From an uncultured bacterium (GTDB taxonomy: Bacteria > JAGRBM01 > JAHCIT01): 64,000 bases of DNA. Shown one piece after another: positions 57,189 to 64,000 of the stretch; within the stretch, counting starts at the first letter, position 1, and every line of letters begins with the position of its first letter. The translations under genes and the position numbers were made by a program. Under the pieces are notes generated by a model, which was given only the letters and a program-made list of their open reading frames with translations, made no database searches and was not told the origin of the DNA. The DNA is taken from positions 2,664 through 66,663 of the forward strand of contig CAZMGV010000008.1 in the NCBI GenBank assembly GCA_964565925.1, in the 5' to 3' direction.

Positions 57189-58094
57189 ATGTTCCCCGTT
57201 GTGACCGATCCCTCCCCCCCCCTCTCCCCGCAGTTCCGGCCGTCGAAGCGGCTGGGCCAGAACTTTCTGGTGGACCGCAACATTGCGGCGAAGATCGCCA
57301 GCCACGCGCTGGCGCCTATGCCCGGAAATACAGGGGGGGCGGGGGTAAAGATTCTCGAGATCGGCCCCGGTCAGGGGGCGCTGACCAAAGAATTAATGAA
57401 CCAGGGGGCGGAGGTGACCGCCATCGAGGTGGACTACCGGCTGGCGGAAGCACTGCCGGGACTTTTGCCCAAACCGATCGAGATCGTCCGGGCGGACGCC
57501 CTCGATACCGACTGGGCGAAGTTCCTGCCCGAACGGGGGATCCGCAGGATCGCCGCCAACCTGCCCTACTCCATCTCGACCGAAATCCTGTTCGGCCTGA
57601 TCGAGTCGGCCGGGGCCTGGGACCTCGCGGTATTGATGCTCCAGTCGGAAGTCGCCGACCGGCTGGCGGCCAAGCCCGGTTCCAAGGATTACGGTTCGTT
57701 GAGCGTGGCGATGCAGCTCCAGTGCGAGGTGAAGCTGGCCTTCCGGGTGCCGCCGACCGTGTTCAGGCCGGTGCCCAAAGTCCGCTCTGCCGTGGTCGAA
57801 CTGCGCACCCGCCCGGGGGCCGCCAGCTTCGAGACGGCGCGGGAGCGGAGCAAGATCGTGCGCGGCGCGTTCGCCCACCGGCGCAAGACGATCGCCAACT
57901 CGCTGGAGCTGTCTCTGGGACTCAAGTCGACGGAGATACGGGAGATTCTGAAAAGCGCGGACGTCGATCCGGGCAGCCGGGCGGAGGTTCACCCGCCGCC
58001 TGTGTTCATTCGCCTTTACGAAGGTTGGCGGTCGTATCGGGATCGAACAGCGACCGCTGGCCCGGAATCTCGTCCTCATACTTGCGGAGAATGA
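57189..58094 (+). CDS. rsmA: 16S rRNA (adenine1518/1519-N6)-dimethyltransferase RsmA/KsgA
   Basis: RLGQNFLVD motif and SAM-binding EIGPGQGALT. Confidence 0.85.
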   Translation: MFPVVTDPSPPLSPQFRPSKRLGQNFLVDRNIAAKIASHALAPMPGNTGGAGVKILEIGPGQGALTKELMNQGAEVTAIEVDYRLAEALPGLLPKPIEIVRADALDTDWAKFLPERGIRRIAANLPYSISTEILFGLIESAGAWDLAVLMLQSEVADRLAAKPGSKDYGSLSVAMQLQCEVKLAFRVPPTVFRPVPKVRSAVVELRTRPGAASFETARERSKIVRGAFAHRRKTIANSLELSLGLKSTEIREILKSADVDPGSRAEVHPPPVFIRLYEGWRSYRDRTATAGPESRPHTCGE

Positions 58095-58254
58095 GGTCGA
58101 TCCCCTGGCGGATATACTCCGCCATGGCCACTTTCGTGCGAGCGGTCAGAGCCTTCAACTGCTCTTCCTGATCGCGCGTGATGTAGATGGTCGTGACGAC
58201 CTTGTTCGAGGCCATGTGAAACTCGTCCCTGAAGGGGGATGTGGGTGCGATCAA
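58006..58254 (-). CDS. ribbon-helix-helix (CopG/Arc-like) DNA-binding protein, orphan
   Basis: KVVTTIYITRDQEEQLKALT…AEYIRQGIDLIL pattern (beta-strand then two helices); 3' end overlaps rsmA ORF end convergently. Confidence 0.45.
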   Translation of the reverse strand: MIAPTSPFRDEFHMASNKVVTTIYITRDQEEQLKALTARTKVAMAEYIRQGIDLILRKYEDEIPGQRSLFDPDTTANLRKGE

Positions 58255-58336
58255 TATATGGTAAGTGCCATACGCTCGTCAATACCCTTGTTATTTCAGA
58301 TAGTTAGTGATTTCTCCCGACCTTGTGGGGTAACTT

Positions 58337-58969
58337 TTGCGTATCAGGCCCGTTTTTCGTGAAGGGATGTTCCCTTTGACCGCAACGCTCGAGAATCCTG
58401 CTGGTGTGAATCACCAGGAACCGGCCGTCCCGGCCATCGGGCTTGAGACCCTTTGGGACCGGATGTCCGGCCAGCTGGCCCGTTATGCAGGCAGGCTGCT
58501 GGGTTCCCTGGCCGCCGGGGAAGACGCCGTGCAGGACGTCTTCAGCCGGTATATCGAGCGCCGGCCCGAGTTCGAGCTTCTGGCCCAGCAGGAAGCCTGG
58601 CTCTGGCGGTCGGTACGCAACGCGGTACTCGATATTCTCCGGAGCAAAGGGCACCGGATCACGGAGTCGCTGGATGCGCTGCGGGACCCGGAATCCGAAG
58701 GCCTGGGGTTCGAACCCGCCGACGGGGGCCCCTCCCCGGAGCGGATCGCGGGCAACCGGCAGCAGCTCCGGCTGGTGCAGGAAACGTTCGAAACGCTGGG
58801 GGCCGAAGACAGGGAAATCCTGTGGCTCTCGGAAGTCGAAGGACTTGAAGTGAAGGAACTGGCCTCCGTGTACCGGCGGCCGGCGGCTCTGGTGAAGGTT
58901 CGCCTCCACAGGGCCAGAAAGCGCCTGCGGGCGAAGCTCGAAGAGAAAGGTCTGGACAGTCATGAGTGA
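58337..58969 (+). CDS. ECF-type RNA polymerase sigma factor
   Basis: Sigma70 region 2 (…GEDAVQDVFSRYIER…) and region 4 (…ELASVYRRPAALVKVRLHRARKRLR…). Confidence 0.8.
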   Translation: MRIRPVFREGMFPLTATLENPAGVNHQEPAVPAIGLETLWDRMSGQLARYAGRLLGSLAAGEDAVQDVFSRYIERRPEFELLAQQEAWLWRSVRNAVLDILRSKGHRITESLDALRDPESEGLGFEPADGGPSPERIAGNRQQLRLVQETFETLGAEDREILWLSEVEGLEVKELASVYRRPAALVKVRLHRARKRLRAKLEEKGLDSHE

Positions 58970-59429
58970 TAACCAGAACAACCGGCCTGATAACCAGAAG
59001 GACCGCCTTGGCGAGGCGATCCAGGCCTATTTCAAGACCGAGCGGACGCGCACGGTAAAGCCGCTGTCACGTACGCGGCTCGCCCAGGCGAAGGAAACCG
59101 CGGCGCTGCGGCACCGCGAACCGGCGGCGTTCTGGAAAATGAGCGCGTGGGCGGCTGTCGCCGCCATGATCGCCCTGATGATGTTCCCGGCGTTCGATAC
59201 ACCCGTCTCCACCATCGCCGAAGGCGTGAACTGGGTTTGGGACGTAGACGGCGCCGGCGAAAGCGAACCGCCCGATTCAATCGCGCGCACCGGAATGGAA
59301 CTCAGCTCCCTTGACGAAATGATCGATTCGCACGATACGTCGGCGGTCAACCTGACCACCGCGGCTTCAGCGTCGGATGACGACGGCGATGGCGACGTGG
59401 ACTGGATCTTCCAGGACGACGAAGGCTGA
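58962..59429 (+). CDS. putative anti-sigma factor (single TM)
   Basis: Start overlaps sigma stop (ATGA); cytoplasmic N-domain, TM helix (AAVAAMIALMMFPAF), acidic periplasmic tail. Confidence 0.5.
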   Translation: MSDNQNNRPDNQKDRLGEAIQAYFKTERTRTVKPLSRTRLAQAKETAALRHREPAAFWKMSAWAAVAAMIALMMFPAFDTPVSTIAEGVNWVWDVDGAGESEPPDSIARTGMELSSLDEMIDSHDTSAVNLTTAASASDDDGDGDVDWIFQDDEG

Positions 59430-59476
59430 GAAACTGTTCCGGGCATTTGAGAATCTGACAACCCGAAGGACTTGAG

Positions 59477-60319
59477 ATGAATCGCTTCCCCGACCGCACG
59501 GCCCTGCCGGCAACACTCCGCCAGTTCGCACTTGCAGCCGCCTTCGCTCTGCCGTCGCTGGCGGTTGCGCAGACGCCGGCAAAACCGGCTGCTCCGGCGG
59601 CACCCGCTCCGGCCAGCCCCGCCGGCCCGGCCGTAAAGGACACGGCTGCGTACGAATCCGAGCTTCCGAGCGGCGACGAGGAAGGCCGCAAGGGGAAATC
59701 CGACACCAGTGCGCTCCAGAAGGCGCTGACCAAGCTCAACCTGAGCCGCGACCAGCGTCAGGAGATTCACAAGGTTATCGACACCGCCGACGACGAGCGG
59801 ATCCGTATCAGCCGCCGGGCGAGCGCGGCGGCCGACGACGTCAAGAAACTGGTCCGCGAGAAGATCGGCGCCGTGCTGACCGACGAGCGCAAGGCGAAGG
59901 TCGGCCGGATCATCGACGAAGAACTCGACCGGGCGAAGGAAGCCCGCAAGGAGTTGCGCGACGAGCGCCACGGCCGCAAGGGCAAGGCACCGGGCCAGGC
60001 CCGGGCGGCGCTCAAGTCTTTCCAGCATCTGAAAGACCGGGTGTTCAAGGAAATAAAGATGTCGGACGCCGAAGCCGAAAAGATGCTGACCGCGTTCGCC
60101 GAGATCCGCCAGGCCGGTCACACGGCGGCCGAAAAGATCCACGACGAGTTCGTGAAGCTGCGCGATGATACCAAGGCCAAAGTACTCGCTGTCCTGACCG
60201 CCGAGCAGCGGACCAAGTTCGAGCAGGACATCGACGGGATCAAGAACGGCCCGAAGCCGGGCACGCCGCCCGTACCTGCGCCGGGTGTGCCGGCCGCACC
60301 GCCAGCTCCGGCGAAATAA
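59477..60319 (+). CDS. periplasmic LTxxQ-motif protein (Spy/CpxP-like)
   Basis: Signal peptide; K/E-rich helices; LTAEQ and related LTxxQ-like motifs. Confidence 0.5.
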   Translation: MNRFPDRTALPATLRQFALAAAFALPSLAVAQTPAKPAAPAAPAPASPAGPAVKDTAAYESELPSGDEEGRKGKSDTSALQKALTKLNLSRDQRQEIHKVIDTADDERIRISRRASAAADDVKKLVREKIGAVLTDERKAKVGRIIDEELDRAKEARKELRDERHGRKGKAPGQARAALKSFQHLKDRVFKEIKMSDAEAEKMLTAFAEIRQAGHTAAEKIHDEFVKLRDDTKAKVLAVLTAEQRTKFEQDIDGIKNGPKPGTPPVPAPGVPAAPPAPAK

Positions 60320-60384
60320 GCCGTTGCTGACCTGAACCCGGTCCCTCTCCCTGCACGCCGTCATTCCGTGCTAGGATTCAGCTT

Positions 60385-60672
60385 ATGGATATTCTCTGCC
60401 CCGCCTGCGGCAAGCCCATCTCCGTCGCCGAACCGGTCGGCCGGAGAGAGACCTGCCCCAAATGCACGGCCGATCTCCATACCTGCCAGAACTGCAACCA
60501 CTATGACCGGGGTTCCTACAACGACTGCCGCGAGCCGCAGGCCGACCGGGTCGTCGACAAGAACGTGTCAAACTTCTGCGACTACTTCTCGATCCGCACG
60601 ACGGGCGGCAAGGCGGGTGTGGATCCCAAGACCAAGGCCAAGTCCGCACTCGACGGCCTGTTCAAGAAGTAG
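60385..60672 (+). CDS. Cys-rich zinc-ribbon protein
   Basis: CPAC…CPKC…CQNC…C…C pattern in 95 aa. Confidence 0.5.
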   Translation: MDILCPACGKPISVAEPVGRRETCPKCTADLHTCQNCNHYDRGSYNDCREPQADRVVDKNVSNFCDYFSIRTTGGKAGVDPKTKAKSALDGLFKK

Positions 60673-60675
60673 CGC

Positions 60676-61503
60676 CTACTGCCGGTTCAGGTTCCAGTCG
60701 TAGTCGAGGTATTTCACCGTCCACTCCTTGCGGCTCTTCCAGGTTTCCAGGTTTTTGTCATTGAAATACTGGGCCGCGTAGTCGCCGATCCCGCCCGGCC
60801 GGTTGTTGCGTTTCAGCCAGCCCAGGAAGTCAGCCTCGTACCACTTGAAGATGGAAGAGAGGTAGAGCGTCCCCTCCTTCGGATCGAGCCGGTTCTCGCG
60901 GGCGTCGTTCAGGTAGCGCCGGGCGGCGGTGTCCAGCATCTCGTTCAGCGTGTCGGCCTGCCAGGGTTCCCTGAACAGCTTGGGGCAGCTCTTGGAGGCG
61001 CAGTTGATGGCGAAGTGGATGCGCGGCTCGCCGAGCGGCCTGAGCAGGCCGGTCTCGATGTCTTCGAGTACCAGCGTGCGGTTGTCGGCGCGGAAATCCA
61101 TCCGCTTGAAGAAGCCGTAGAAGATCTTGATGTCCTTCACGCTCTTGATCGGATACTTGTCGACCACCCCCTGCATGACGAGCGCGTTATAGGCGTTGGA
61201 CCAGAAAGCCACCTTGTCGTTGAGGGTCTTGTACAGCTCGGGCTGGCTGGACGGGCCGTGGGTCGCCAGCGATTTGACGAAGGCGTCCAGGTCCGCGCGG
61301 CTCTTCTTGAGCGCCTCGTAGTTCACCTGCCCGTCATCGTTCACCTGGGTTTTGAGCACCCGCTCCCAGGCGGCGCTGTCGAGCGGCCCGGTGTCTGACT
61401 TGCTGGCCGCTATCCCGGCCGCTTCGGCCCGGACTCCGGGGGGCACGACTGCCGGCAATGCGAGGGCCACAAAGGCGGCGACCCAGAAGTGTGTCAGTTT
61501 CAT
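60676..61503 (-). CDS. secreted DUF547-family protein
   Basis: Signal peptide from MKLTHFWVAAFVALALPAVV; DUF547-like core (…FWSNAYNALVMQGV…). Confidence 0.55.
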   Translation of the reverse strand: MKLTHFWVAAFVALALPAVVPPGVRAEAAGIAASKSDTGPLDSAAWERVLKTQVNDDGQVNYEALKKSRADLDAFVKSLATHGPSSQPELYKTLNDKVAFWSNAYNALVMQGVVDKYPIKSVKDIKIFYGFFKRMDFRADNRTLVLEDIETGLLRPLGEPRIHFAINCASKSCPKLFREPWQADTLNEMLDTAARRYLNDARENRLDPKEGTLYLSSIFKWYEADFLGWLKRNNRPGGIGDYAAQYFNDKNLETWKSRKEWTVKYLDYDWNLNRQ

Positions 61504-61700
61504 ACGGGCTCCCTGCTGTGGAGGTATTGTGGACTCACGAACCGGTATACGCACGACCCAGGTCTACCGGTCCGGTTGCCAGCCCCGGCAGGTCCGGTTA
61601 CAAAGGGCCTCCGCCGCGCGGGATGCCCCGGTTCCCCTGAGCCGGTTCCTTTAAGTCAGGCGCGCGGCGAATCCATTACAGAACAGCTGGTTAAGACCCC

Positions 61701-63416
61701 GTGAGACAGACCCTCTACCACCTCCCCACCCTCCGCGAAGACCCCACCGACGCCGAGCTTATTTCGCACAAGCTGATGCTTCGGGCCGGACTCATCCGCA
61801 AGCTCGCCGCCGGTATCTACGACTACATGCCGCTCGGCCTGCGCGCGCTGCGCCGGGTGGAGAAGATCGTCCGCGAGGAGATGGACCGTGCGGGCTGTCT
61901 CGAAGTGTGGCTGCCCAACGTGGTACCGGCCGAGCTGTGGCAGGAGTCCGGCCGCTGGGCGAAATACGGCAAGGAACTGCTGCGCATCAAGGACCGGCAC
62001 GACCGCGAGTTCTGCCTTGGCCCCACGCACGAGGAAGCGATCGTCGATCTCGTCCGGCAGGACCTGCGAAGCTACCGCGAACTGCCCAAGAATTTCTACC
62101 AGATCAGCACCAAGTTCCGCGACGAGGTGCGGCCCCGGTTCGGCCTCATGCGCGGCCGCGAGTTCCTGATGAAGGACGGCTATTCGTTCCACGCGAACTA
62201 CGAGGATCTGGACCGCGAATACGAGAACATGCGCGGAGCCTATACCCGGGTGTTCGAGCGCAGCGGTCTCAACTTCCGCGTCGTCGAAGCCGACACCGGC
62301 TCGATCGGCGGGTCGTCGTCGCACGAGTTCACCGTGCTGGCCGACGCGGGCGAAGACGCCATCGCGTCGTGCAACAGCTGCAACTACACGGCGAACCTTG
62401 AAAAAGCCGAGGCCCGCGCCACGGACCCTGCCCCCGGCACGCCCCAGAAGGCCAAACCGGAAGAGGTCCACACACCCGGCCTCAAATCGGTCGAGGAAGT
62501 GGCCGCGTTCCTCAAGATGACACCGCACAACAAGATCAAGACCATGATCTACGAGTCGGACATGGGTCCGGTCGTGGCGCTCGTCCGGGGCGACGACACG
62601 GTGAACGAGATCAAGCTCAAGAACGCCTGCAAGGCCGACTGGGTTCTGCTGGCCAGCGACGCCGTCGTGAAGGAACTGACGGGCGCTCCGCCGGGCTTCG
62701 CCGGTCCCGTGAGTCTCAAGAAACCCGCGCCGATCTATGCCGACTTCACGGTCAAGACGCTGGTGGACGCCGGTTGCGGTGCGAACAGGGAAGATTACCA
62801 CCTGGTGGGCGTGAACCCCGGCCGGGACTTCGAACCGACCGCCTATGTGGAACTGCGGACCGTGAAAGCCGGGGACTCCTGCCCCCGTTGCGCCAGCGGC
62901 AAGATGGATCTGCTGCGCGGTATCGAAGTGGGTCACATCTTCAAGCTCGGCACCCGGTATTCGGAGCCGATGAAGCTGGGCTACCTGGCCGAAAATGGCG
63001 ACCGCCACACGGTCATCATGGGCACCTACGGCATCGGCGTCAGCCGTACGCTGCAGGCCGCCGTCGAGCAGAACCACGACAAGGACGGGATCATCTTCCC
63101 GGCCGGAATCGCGCCGTTCGATGTCCATCTGGTCTGTGTGAACGCCAATCAGCCCGAAGTGGTCCAGGCCTCCGACCGGATTTACGAACTTCTGCGGAAA
63201 CTGGGCGTCGAGGTCCTCTACGACGACCGCGACGAGCGGCCCGGCATCAAGTTCAAGGACGCCGACCTGCTGGGGCTGCCCGTCCGCCTGAGCGTAGGCG
63301 CCAAGGGGCTCAAGGACGGAAATGTCGAGTTCCGGGACCGGAAGACCGGAAAGACCGACCCGGTCGCGCTTGCACAGGTCGAGGAGTTCGTGAAAACTCG
63401 TCTTGTACGGCAGTAA
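61701..63416 (+). CDS. proS: proline--tRNA ligase (bacterial type with INS editing domain)
   Basis: Class II aaRS motifs, INS insertion, C-terminal anticodon-binding domain; 571 aa. Confidence 0.9.
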   Translation: MRQTLYHLPTLREDPTDAELISHKLMLRAGLIRKLAAGIYDYMPLGLRALRRVEKIVREEMDRAGCLEVWLPNVVPAELWQESGRWAKYGKELLRIKDRHDREFCLGPTHEEAIVDLVRQDLRSYRELPKNFYQISTKFRDEVRPRFGLMRGREFLMKDGYSFHANYEDLDREYENMRGAYTRVFERSGLNFRVVEADTGSIGGSSSHEFTVLADAGEDAIASCNSCNYTANLEKAEARATDPAPGTPQKAKPEEVHTPGLKSVEEVAAFLKMTPHNKIKTMIYESDMGPVVALVRGDDTVNEIKLKNACKADWVLLASDAVVKELTGAPPGFAGPVSLKKPAPIYADFTVKTLVDAGCGANREDYHLVGVNPGRDFEPTAYVELRTVKAGDSCPRCASGKMDLLRGIEVGHIFKLGTRYSEPMKLGYLAENGDRHTVIMGTYGIGVSRTLQAAVEQNHDKDGIIFPAGIAPFDVHLVCVNANQPEVVQASDRIYELLRKLGVEVLYDDRDERPGIKFKDADLLGLPVRLSVGAKGLKDGNVEFRDRKTGKTDPVALAQVEEFVKTRLVRQ

Positions 63417-63418
63417 GA

Positions 63419-64000
63419 ATGTCTAAAGATATTACCGTGGACGATCAGGGAGCGCTTCAGCTCTCCCCCGAGACCCTGGAGCGGCTGAACCTGGAACCGG
63501 GTCAGACGATCCGGATTCTCTTTGAGGGCGAGAACACCCTCGGCCTGCTCACGGCCAGAGGCGCCGTCCGGGACATGCCCGAAGGCGTCCCCCTGTTCAT
63601 GGGCTCTCTGACGAACATGCCCATTGCGGACGTGTTCAGCTTCCTGACCATGATCGCCCGAAGCGGAGTCCTGCGCATTTTCACCGAAGGCTACGAGAAG
63701 GCCATTTATTTCAGGTCCGGCGAGATCATCTTCGCCGTCAGCACGCACCCCGAATCGAAACTGGGCGTATTTCTCCTGAACCGCGGCATCATCGACAAGC
63801 GCCAGCTCCGTGAAGTGGAGAAGGACTACAACGAGGAGAAGCGGTTCGGAAAACTGCTCGTTGAAAAGGGAATCCTGACGACCCAGCAGCTGTGGGACGC
63901 CGTCCGTTCGCAGATCGAGGAGATCGTGTACTCCCTCTTCACGCTGGAGGCCGGCGACTTCCTGTTTGTCGAAGGAGATAATTTCCTGTCGGAGGATCTG
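63419..64000 (+). CDS. hypothetical protein, DUF4388-like (partial, continues beyond window)
   Basis: ORF runs to window end; region …LTNMPIADVFSFLTMIARSGVLRI… resembles DUF4388 N-terminal module. Confidence 0.35.
   Translation, partial: MSKDITVDDQGALQLSPETLERLNLEPGQTIRILFEGENTLGLLTARGAVRDMPEGVPLFMGSLTNMPIADVFSFLTMIARSGVLRIFTEGYEKAIYFRSGEIIFAVSTHPESKLGVFLLNRGIIDKRQLREVEKDYNEEKRFGKLLVEKGILTTQQLWDAVRSQIEEIVYSLFTLEAGDFLFVEGDNFLSEDL

Overview
This window is high-GC (roughly two-thirds G+C) bacterial chromosomal DNA. The gene content (many hybrid sensor kinases, cNMP-binding, GGDEF and hemerythrin signalling proteins, and a DUF4388-like ORF) tentatively suggests Myxococcota or Acidobacteriota; this is inference, not a database result.

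Most of the window is ordinary core genome:
- Translation and RNA processing: the ffh-rpsP-KH-rimM-trmD-rplS operon, then rnhB-yraN, plus proS, tsaD and rsmA.
- Metabolism and envelope: argG, glpK, mltG-ruvX, gmk-yicC, an archaeal-type cofactor-independent phosphoglycerate mutase, and two crotonase-family genes.
- Stress and signalling: a two-domain PPK2, an ECF sigma / anti-sigma / Spy-like module, and many signalling proteins.
- Transport: a Mla/MCE-type ABC transporter with duplicated ATPase and permease genes.

The main anomaly is a ~3.2 kb low-GC island at about 16745-19990. It has no integrase and is bounded by an intrinsic terminator on the left and a cluster of four GC-rich hairpins on the right. 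It encodes a compact four-gene minus-strand operon: an unknown 246-aa protein, a P-loop NTPase with a C-terminal helix-hairpin-helix (RNAP alpha-CTD-like) domain, a 70-aa zinc-ribbon protein, and a 153-aa two-TM membrane protein. I regard this as a candidate undescribed defence or abortive-infection-like module.

Other notable structures:
- An SPFH/small-membrane-protein cassette flanked by 34-bp perfect direct repeats that duplicate the 3' end of the upstream gene.
- A perfect ~20-bp C-rich/G-rich palindrome in the long tsaD-rsmA intergenic region.
- Four tandem 18-bp repeats that are open in two overlapping frames (acidic tail of the KH protein versus basic N-terminal extension of RimM).
- An AT-rich palindromic divergent promoter region at 3374-3678.
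- A nested palindrome upstream of the Mla operon.

Many long antisense ORFs in the six-frame track are high-GC artefacts. No tRNA, rRNA or CRISPR array was recognised by eye.
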